In this document: piece after piece, positions 1 to 4,864 of the stretch
Position numbering within the stretch: position 1 is the first letter of the stretch
Layout: each line of letters begins with the position of its first letter
IMG/VR virus record: IMGVR_UViG_2671180524_000022
Source: a virus
Lineage: Duplodnaviria; Heunggongvirae; Uroviricota; Caudoviricetes
Length of the DNA: 5,076 bases
Direction: 5' to 3' (one strand)
Program-made: the position numbers and the translations under genes
The notes under the pieces: model-generated
The model's database searches: none
What the model saw: the letters and a program-made list of their open reading frames with translations, nothing else
Told to the model about the DNA's origin: nothing

Positions 1-728
1 TCGAACAATATCCCGGTGCTTGTTCAGCTCCCGCAGCGCGGCGCAGACTCGCTCCCACTTCTGAACATCACTTTTCGCCCTGCGCAGCGCCAGGTTTGCC
101 CTGCGCAGGGACGGAAAAATCAGCTCATCTGCTTGCGTTTCGGTAAACGATGGCAACGGCTGCACAATGTCCGCCACAGTTTCTGTTTTAATTTCTTCCT
201 GTGTTGCGGCTTCCCGGACTGGTAACGCAGCACCTGCTGGCTGAGGAAAGGCCTTACCATCACTTTCCGTTACCAGCGCGGCTTTCGGCTCTGCTGGTAA
301 ATTATCGCCCGGCATGCAGTAACGAAATTTACCGTTCTGATTAACGCGTGCCAGCCGCCCCGTTGCGGTTACCACCGCCAGCGTGGAAGCAACCTTGCGA
401 GTACTGACGCCGAACTTACCCGCCAGTTCCTCACACGTTTTAGCACCATCCTGACCGATAAACTCAACCATCATGTCTGCGGTAACTTTTGGAGCGACCT
501 CTTCGGTTACCACATCCGGCGCTTCAGGTTGTAGTGCCTGCCCTTCGGTTACCCCGGCTTCACCTTCGACAGCCAGAAACCAGGTGTGACCCGTTTTATC
601 AACAACGCCATTTTTTTGAGTTCCCACAGTTCGTTAAGAACTTCTTCACGGCTGATATCAAGCCGCGCCGCCAGTTCAACAGAATTGGCTTTTCCCATCG
701 CTTTCAGTGCATGCAATACAGTTTCCAT
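1..728 (-). CDS. Uncharacterised prophage protein with two tandem winged-helix-like modules; reading frame broken at an A7 homopolymer (plus-strand T7 at 611-617); C-terminus lies beyond the window start. Possible pseudogene or homopolymer sequencing error.
   Basis: Minus-strand ATG at 728-726 with GAGG about 10 nt upstream (rc of 739-742). This frame reads [39 protein letters not shown] and stops at 551-549. A second minus frame is open from 633 to position 1 and reads ...[20 protein letters not shown]...[54 protein letters not shown].... The two frames overlap only in 552-633, which contains the homopolymer. My own translation; the ORF track does not show it because there is no stop in the window and the frame is shifted. 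Confidence 0.5.
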
Positions 729-753
729 CGAAAATTTACCTCGTCAAAAATTC

Positions 754-1494
754 TCACATACCCTGACGTCCAACGTTTGACCGCCAGCTCTCCCAGTTAA
801 AATTCACCCAACGACCACCATTCATGGTCATACGGTCCATCACCCGATCTCCGAGGAGTGTGCTCATCGCTGCGTGATTCAGGTTCGTCAGCATTCCGAC
901 ACTACGCATCGAAGCCGTTCTGCGGTCGACTATCTGGTTCAGCGTGACCTGCTCGTTGCGCGTATCCCGCTGCATGCCAATTTCATCAAGGACCAGAAGG
1001 TCAACTCCACAAAGCTCCTGTAAAAATTTTTCCCCGGACTGGCCGTTGTCGTAGCCGTCATGCAACACGCTCATGACATCGGACACGGTGACGATAATCA
1101 CGCTTCTCCCCTTCGCCATCAGCCGATTGCCAATCGCTGCTGCCAGGTGATTTTTACCGGTACCAGGTTTACCGCTGAACACGAAGTTTGTACATCCGGT
1201 CATCAATTCATCGGCAATGGATTTCGCCTGGCTCAGAGCATGGCGCTGACCGTCGTTCTGCACCCGGTAGTTCCCGAATGAGCACTTCCTGTGAAGCGGC
1301 TGGATGCCCGCACGGTTCAGGATTTTTTCAACCCGCACCTGATGATTCAGGCGGTTAATCTCCTCGCTGCGTTTTCGTCCTTCAGCAAGTTGCCATTCCC
1401 GCCACTCCTCCACCGTCCGGTACGGTGGAACCGCCCCCTGTGGTGCAAGTCTGCGAATACGTTCAAGAACCCCAACTGCCGCAATGTTTTTCAT
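754..1494 (-). CDS. dnaC: DnaC-family AAA+ helicase loader (prophage replication protein, lambda P functional analogue; Rac YdaV-like)
   Basis: 246-aa ORF. Walker A FSGKPGTGKNHLAAAIG, Walker B DLLVLDEIG, and near-colinear similarity to E. coli DnaC as I recall it (PLHxxCSFxNYRV, NQIVDRR, GMLTNxN, LGxRVMDRM). Minus-strand ATG at 1494 with GGGGG about 10 nt upstream; lies 6 nt downstream of the initiator stop. Confidence 0.93.
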   Translation of the reverse strand: MKNIAAVGVLERIRRLAPQGAVPPYRTVEEWREWQLAEGRKRSEEINRLNHQVRVEKILNRAGIQPLHRKCSFGNYRVQNDGQRHALSQAKSIADELMTGCTNFVFSGKPGTGKNHLAAAIGNRLMAKGRSVIIVTVSDVMSVLHDGYDNGQSGEKFLQELCGVDLLVLDEIGMQRDTRNEQVTLNQIVDRRTASMRSVGMLTNLNHAAMSTLLGDRVMDRMTMNGGRWVNFNWESWRSNVGRQGM

Positions 1495-1500
1495 GACACG

Positions 1501-2463
1501 TCACCCCCTGAATCCCGGCGGTATTTCAGTGTCCGGTTCAGAAATGTGATTCACGCAACGCTGCGCGGGCGAACGCCCCAGGCGGATAACCAGTTCATCC
1601 CATTTTTCCCGGAGTTTTGCCGGACTCATGATGTTTTTTACCCAGAACGAATCCCGCTGGAGACGCCCAAACATTTCACAAATTTGTCTGTGAGTTCTGC
1701 CATCCAGCATCCGCATTGTCCGCACGTCATTGGCCCATGCAGTCCAGTTGGGTTCTTTCGGTCTCGTGATCTCGCCATCATCGCTGGCCGCCTGCTCGTA
1801 AAGACTCACGATTCGTCCCCAGATCCACTGTGCGCACACCAAATCTTCCTGACTTCCCCACTGGCGTTTTTTCGCACTGAACACAACCGCGTCAGGGTGT
1901 CGGGTTAAAAAATTCTGTTCAGCCGTCTGCGGGTCCGGTTGCGAAGCGTCCGGACAAGAAGATCTTTTATCTGACGGATCAGGTTTTAATACTGACGGAT
2001 CGGGGTCAATCATCGCCCCCCTAATCGGCAGTTTGTTATCAACAGTTGATCCATCAAAATTTGACGGGTCAACCGTTGAGGGGGCAATATTTGACGGGTC
2101 AACTGTTAACGGGTCATTTTTTGCCGGGCTAATTTTTCTTTTCGGTTTATATGACTCACGCGCCGCCGCAGCAGCTGCTTCGAGTTTTTCCACATTAAGC
2201 CGATAGATATTGCTTACATTACGCCCACCGACCTTACGCTCTTCCTTCGTCAGCCAGCCCTCTTTCGCCAGTTCTGCAATAGCCGATTTCACTGTGGATT
2301 CACTTCTTGCACCGATCTGACGCCGGATAGTTTCAATGGCAGGCCATGACACGCCCTCGTCATTGCTGTAGTCTGCAAGACGGGCCATAACCGCCACCCT
2401 GGATAAGATCATGCCGGTGAAGGCGCACCCTTCCCAGACAAGACCATGAAGCTTGCTGCTCAT
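1501..2463 (-). CDS. Phage replication initiator (lambda O analogue): N-terminal winged-helix DNA-binding domain, Pro/Asp/Ser-rich repeat linker, C-terminal domain
   Basis: 325-aa ORF in the track (GTG at 2478). ATG at 2463-2461 preceded by GGGG is the more likely start (MSSKLHGLVWEG...). The N-terminus (SWPAIETIRRQIGARSESTVKSAIAELAKEGWL) is HTH/winged-helix-like. It sits directly upstream of the helicase loader. The linker is encoded by the iteron-like DNA repeats. Confidence 0.8.
   Translation of the reverse strand: MSSKLHGLVWEGCAFTGMILSRVAVMARLADYSNDEGVSWPAIETIRRQIGARSESTVKSAIAELAKEGWLTKEERKVGGRNVSNIYRLNVEKLEAAAAAARESYKPKRKISPAKNDPLTVDPSNIAPSTVDPSNFDGSTVDNKLPIRGAMIDPDPSVLKPDPSDKRSSCPDASQPDPQTAEQNFLTRHPDAVVFSAKKRQWGSQEDLVCAQWIWGRIVSLYEQAASDDGEITRPKEPNWTAWANDVRTMRMLDGRTHRQICEMFGRLQRDSFWVKNIMSPAKLREKWDELVIRLGRSPAQRCVNHISEPDTEIPPGFRG
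1969..2120. repeat. Iteron-like direct repeats and nested palindromes inside the initiator gene, with an adjacent AT-rich tract (2116-2156); candidate prophage replication origin
   Basis: CTGACGGATC at 1971-1980 and 1992-2001 (period 21). ATTTGACGGGTCAAC at 2059-2073 and 2089-2103 (period 30). CGGGGTCAAT at 2001-2010 and ACGGGTCAT at 2109-2117. Palindromes ATCAACAGTTGAT (2038-2050) and TTGATCCATCAA (2046-2057), plus TTGAC-GG-GTCAA within each 15-mer. T-rich stretch attttttgccgggctaatttttcttttcggtttatat follows. Confidence 0.5.
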
Positions 2464-2485
2464 AAAACCCCCGAACACCGTGCTT

Positions 2486-2880
2486 TTAGTGCATCACCAC
2501 AGCATTCCCTGCCGGGCCGCCGCGATTCATCTGGTCATACAAAACAACCGCTGACGCAACAAAATCATCGACATCCTTCACCAGCCGATCCCTCCGTTCG
2601 ACGATCTCACGGTAATATTCAGAACTGTGGCTGCGCATACGGGCCACCAGCAAAGGCGGCATCGCCTTTTCGATCGCCGGTAACAGAGCCTGCATTTTTT
2701 CAACAGCATCAGGGGTGTCTTTATCCNNNNNNNNNNNNNNNNNNNNNNNNNNNNNNNNNNNNNNNNNNNNNNNNNNAGCTCGAAATACGCTTTGGTAATT
2801 TTCGCAGCCGGTACTTTTTCGCCGTCCGGATGCGCCCAGACATTCATCGCCATGCGGATGTGTTCATGCTTGATTTTCAT
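2486..2880 (-). CDS. YdaT-like protein (cII-position gene of Rac-type prophages), interrupted by the assembly gap; true length unknown
   Basis: N-terminal piece MKIKHEHIRMAMNVWAHPDGEKVPAAKITKAYFE from ATG 2880-2878, which overlaps the cro-like stop as ATGA. C-terminal piece ...DKDTPDAVEKMQALLPAIEKAMPPLLVARMRSHSSEYYREIVERRDRLVKDVDDFVASAVVLYDQMNRGGPAGNAVVMH ends with TAA at 2488-2486. The two pieces are in different frames across the 50 N, as expected for a gap of arbitrary length. The MKIKHEHI start matches my recollection of E. coli YdaT. Confidence 0.55.
2727..2776. other. Assembly gap (run of 50 N)
   Basis: 50 consecutive n characters, seen directly. Confidence 0.97.
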
Positions 2881-3179
2881 GAATCAACTCCATCAGATAA
2901 GCATGCACTACAATCACCTTCAGCATGAACTACATGTGTTTGCCCCAAACGAATGCCGCTCGCATACTCAGGCCAAATAAGCTCCCAATCATGGGGTCGT
3001 AGCTCCGCCCTACTTACTTGGCCTTCCGTCGCAGATTCGATCATAAGGGCGCGGGTTGGAGATATAGCTGTTCGTCCAGACGCCATTTGCGATAAGTAAG
3101 ATGGCGATACACCAAGTCTGGCCGCGAATTTCTTAGCATCACCAACCCTTAATGATTTAATAAACTCTTTTAATGTCAT
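2877..3179 (-). CDS. Cro-like HTH regulator, YdaS family
   Basis: 100-aa ORF. Strong SD GAGGAAGG immediately upstream of ATG 3179-3177. HTH segment AARLGVSPSYLSQMASGRTAISPTRALMIESATEGQVSRAELRP. Divergent from the repressor gene across the operator region. Stop TGA overlaps the next gene's ATG. Confidence 0.8.
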   Translation of the reverse strand: MTLKEFIKSLRVGDAKKFAARLGVSPSYLSQMASGRTAISPTRALMIESATEGQVSRAELRPHDWELIWPEYASGIRLGQTHVVHAEGDCSACLSDGVDS

Positions 3180-3185
3180 ACCTTC

Positions 3186-3272
3186 CTCGGTTTAGTGTTT
3201 TTTTGCGAGTTTAGTGTTTAATAAACCATTAAGTCAAGTATTTGCTTGTTTAGTGATTACTAAAGATAATTA
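3186..3272. promoter_or_regulatory. Divergent promoter/operator region (OR-like) between the repressor and cro-like genes
   Basis: Direct repeats GTTTAGTGTTT (3190-3200, 3209-3219) and GTTTAGTGATT (3248-3258). Palindromes GTTTAATAAAC (3216-3226) and TTTAGTGATTACTAAA (3249-3264). Plus-strand promoter candidate: -35 TTGCTT 3242-3247, 17-bp spacer, -10 GATAAT 3265-3270. Minus-strand promoter candidate: -35 TTGACT (rc of 3232-3237), 18-bp spacer, -10 TAAACT (rc of 3208-3213). Confidence 0.5.
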
Positions 3273-3276
3273 CCAC

Positions 3277-3648
3277 ATGCAAAAAAAAGAAATTCGCCGT
3301 TTACGTCTCAAGGAGTGGTTTAAAGATAAAACTCTGCCACCCAAAGAGAAGAGCTACCTATCTCAACTAATGAGTGGGAGAGCCTCGTTTGGAGAAAAGG
3401 CTGCCAGAAGAATAGAGCAAACATACGGGATGCCGGAAGGGTATCTGGATGCGGAATACGCAGAACAACCGGGGGGTTCTCCACCACATGCAGGGTTAAC
3501 GTCTAATCAACTGGAATTATTGCAGATTTTTTCAGCCTTCCCTGAGGATGAGCAACGCCAGATAATCAGCGAGTTAAAGCAGAAAAAAGAATCAATGGAA
3601 GATCTCATAGCGAGATGGATTGCGGCGCAAAAATGCCGCCGCGCCTGA
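3277..3648 (+). CDS. paaR: HTH immunity repressor at the cI position; likely also regulator of the downstream toxin-antitoxin pair (PaaR-like)
   Basis: The track ORF starts at 3214, but the ATG at 3277 (123 aa) lies just downstream of the -10 element and clear of the operator repeats. HTH segment KEKSYLSQLMSGRASFGEKAARRIEQTYGMPEGYLD. C-terminal LTSNQLELLQIFSAFPEDEQRQIISELK resembles the DicA C-terminus as I recall it. Stop TGA at 3646-3648. Gene symbol from recalled operon architecture only. Confidence 0.7.
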   Translation: MQKKEIRRLRLKEWFKDKTLPPKEKSYLSQLMSGRASFGEKAARRIEQTYGMPEGYLDAEYAEQPGGSPPHAGLTSNQLELLQIFSAFPEDEQRQIISELKQKKESMEDLIARWIAAQKCRRA

Positions 3649-3668
3649 GTTATAAAACCGGAGGAAAC

Positions 3669-3860
3669 ATGAATAGAGCCCTTTCACCAATGGTTTCTGA
3701 ATTTGAAACCATTGAACAAGAAAACAGTTACAACGAATGGCTGCGTGCGAAAGTAGCAACGAGCCTTGCAGATCCGCGCCCAGCAATTCCCCATGACGAA
3801 GTTGAGCGCAGAATGGCAGAACGCTTTGCTAAGATGCGCAAGGAACGGAGCAAGCAGTAA
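3669..3860 (+). CDS. paaA: Small antitoxin (63 aa), PaaA-like partner of a ParE toxin
   Basis: ATG 3669 with GGAGG at 3660-3664. Product MNRALSPMVSEFETIEQENSYNEWLRAKVATSLADPRPAIPHDEVERRMAERFAKMRKERSKQ is small and charged, consistent with a partly disordered antitoxin. Its stop TAA at 3858-3860 is 1 nt before the toxin ATG. Length matches my recollection of PaaA2 (63 aa). Confidence 0.75.
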   Translation: MNRALSPMVSEFETIEQENSYNEWLRAKVATSLADPRPAIPHDEVERRMAERFAKMRKERSKQ

Positions 3861-3861
3861 A

Positions 3862-4140
3862 ATGTTACCCGTGTTATGGCTTGAAAGCGCAGATACCGAC
3901 CTAGATGATATAACTAGTTATATTGCTCGTTTCGACATAGATGCGGCTGAACGCTTATGGCAGCGATTAAGGGGTTGTGTGCTGCCGTTATCCGAACATC
4001 CGTATTTATACCCACCAAGCGACAGAGTACCTGGCTTGCGTGAGATTGTAGCCCACCCTAACTATATAATTCTATACCGCGTAACAACATCAAGCGTTGA
4101 AGTAGTAAACGTGATCCACGCAAGACGCCAGTTTCCCTAA
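3862..4140 (+). CDS. parE: ParE/RelE-superfamily toxin (92 aa)
   Basis: ATG at 3862 in the same frame as track ORF 3766..4140. Product MLPVLWLESADTDLDDITSYIARFDIDAAERLWQRLRGCVLPLSEHPYLYPPSDRVPGLREIVAHPNYIILYRVTTSSVEVVNVIHARRQFP shows the typical ParE pattern (N-terminal helices, C-terminal ...ILYRV...VEVVNVIHARR). Translationally coupled to the upstream antitoxin. Confidence 0.85.
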   Translation: MLPVLWLESADTDLDDITSYIARFDIDAAERLWQRLRGCVLPLSEHPYLYPPSDRVPGLREIVAHPNYIILYRVTTSSVEVVNVIHARRQFP

Positions 4141-4157
4141 CTTTCACTACCAATAGA

Positions 4158-4205
4158 AACATAACAACCGCAACGACTTTATCAAAAGCGTTGTGTTTGT
4201 TATGT
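4158..4205 (+). terminator. Imperfect inverted repeat downstream of the toxin gene; possible terminator or protein-binding site
   Basis: Left arm aacataacaaccgcaacg (4158-4175) and right arm cgttgtgtttgttatgt (4189-4205) pair at about 15 of 17 positions around a 13-nt loop. No clean U-tract follows, so this is not a canonical intrinsic terminator. Confidence 0.25.
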
Positions 4206-4210
4206 CCCGC

Positions 4211-4255
4211 GGTTTAGTTTTTACTTGACTTAAGTTTAATGTTTATTAAACTAAA
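4211..4255 (+). promoter_or_regulatory. Second operator/promoter-like module (OL/pL-like), rightward
   Basis: GTTTAGTTTTT (4212-4222) and palindrome GTTTATTAAAC (4241-4251) resemble the OR motifs. -35 TTGACT 4225-4230, 16-bp spacer, -10 TAAACT 4247-4252. The TTGACTTAA...GTTTATTAAAC...TAAACT arrangement is shared with the minus-strand cro promoter candidate. Confidence 0.35.
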
Positions 4256-4570
4256 AATACCAACCCACCCCGCCCCACAGAACGCAGGGAAATACTTCGA
4301 GTTACCCGGCAGTGGTCAGGGGTTAAGTAGCCAGCCCGAGGCGTATGAACATGACGGCAGGGTTCAACTTTAATAACTATGCAGCAGTTTTTTGTTCCGC
4401 TACCCCGGCGTTAAGGGGAAACAGAGGGTTTCTCAGTGGGCGAAGTCAAACATCAGAATGGAAGGCATCCCGGGATCGGCAAAGAAGCAGCAATGGCGCT
4501 TTATATTGACATCAGCGCCATTGCAGGACAGGTAAGAGTTATCAGAGCGGTAACTAAGCGGTATGCGCCT

Positions 4571-4771
4571 TTACTTCAGAAAGTCTCTGGTGAGTGCACC
4601 GAAGATATTGTCAACGATTTCGTCATCGAACTGCGAGGACTCATCTTCAGTTACAAGGTGACCACAATTTTTGCAGATGGCTCCCGCGAAACTGTCAGAG
4701 CCCTGCGGCTTAAAGGATGTGTCAAAGACTTCGCCACCACATTCTGGGCAAGAAAACTTGATTGTATTCAT
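4571..4771 (-). CDS. Small zinc-ribbon protein (CxxC...CxxC), function unknown
   Basis: Minus-strand ATG at 4771-4769 (the track starts at TTG 4777) with SD GAGAGGAA 7 nt upstream. Product MNTIKFSCPECGGEVFDTSFKPQGSDSFAGAICKNCGHLVTEDESSQFDDEIVDNIFGALTRDFLK has two CxxCG pairs and an acidic tail. Few rare codons, unlike the overlapping plus-strand ORF. Confidence 0.6.
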   Translation of the reverse strand: MNTIKFSCPECGGEVFDTSFKPQGSDSFAGAICKNCGHLVTEDESSQFDDEIVDNIFGALTRDFLK

Positions 4772-4864
4772 AACCAATTTCCTCTCGAGTAACAGACCCC
4801 TCAGAGGATACCACCTCGCCTGACGTGGTTAAAAAGCAGGCAACGCTAACCACAAGGAGCCGAC

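Noticed and set aside
16-800. Plus-strand track ORFs 16..225, 489..800 and 586..780
   Set aside because: They lie antisense to a long minus-strand frame that has a proper RBS and start and a recognisable winged-helix sequence. No SD is present and the products are low-complexity and Arg/Pro-rich, as expected for antisense reading of a real gene.
1060-1908. Plus-strand track ORFs 1060..1281 and 1291..1908
   Set aside because: They are fully antisense to the DnaC-like and initiator genes, whose products have clear family signatures. The antisense products are Cys/His/Arg-rich with no recognisable domain.
2463-2478. GTG at 2478 as the initiator start
   Set aside because: ATG at 2463 with GGGG upstream is a more conventional start. 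The difference is only 5 codons, so either is possible.
2446-2980. Track ORFs 2446..2928 (+), 2792..2980 (+) and 2578..2880 (-) as called
   Set aside because: They read through the N run (poly-X) or lie antisense to the cro-like and YdaT-like genes. Only the minus-strand segments on either side of the gap are treated as one interrupted gene.
2877-3179. Cro-like (YdaS-like) and YdaT-like genes as a toxin-antitoxin pair
   Set aside because: Their position (divergent from the repressor, upstream of the replication genes) and the HTH in the first gene fit cro/cII-type regulators better. I recall that the earlier TA proposal for YdaS/YdaT was later questioned. Cannot be settled from sequence alone.
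3214-3276. Upstream ATG at 3214 as the repressor start (144-aa version)
   Set aside because: This extension would be encoded by the operator and promoter repeats themselves and has no SD. ATG 3277 is placed correctly relative to a -10 element. Not fully excluded.
3592-3786. Minus-strand track ORF 3592..3786 and the long-form starts 3615 and 3766 for the antitoxin and toxin
   Set aside because: The minus ORF is antisense across the regulator/antitoxin junction. The long-form starts overlap upstream genes and lack SD, whereas ATG 3669 (GGAGG upstream) and ATG 3862 (coupled to the upstream stop) give the compact operon.
4361-4367. GGTTCAA resembling a tRNA T-loop
   Set aside because: I could not find an acceptor stem, anticodon arm or D-arm around it, so it is an isolated motif, not a tRNA or tRNA-derived att site.
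4345-4509. Small plus-strand ORF (54 aa, MNMTAGFNFNNYAAVF...)
   Set aside because: The SD is too close to the ATG (about 3 nt), the ORF is rich in rare Arg/Gly codons, and the product is low-complexity. More likely noncoding leader sequence.
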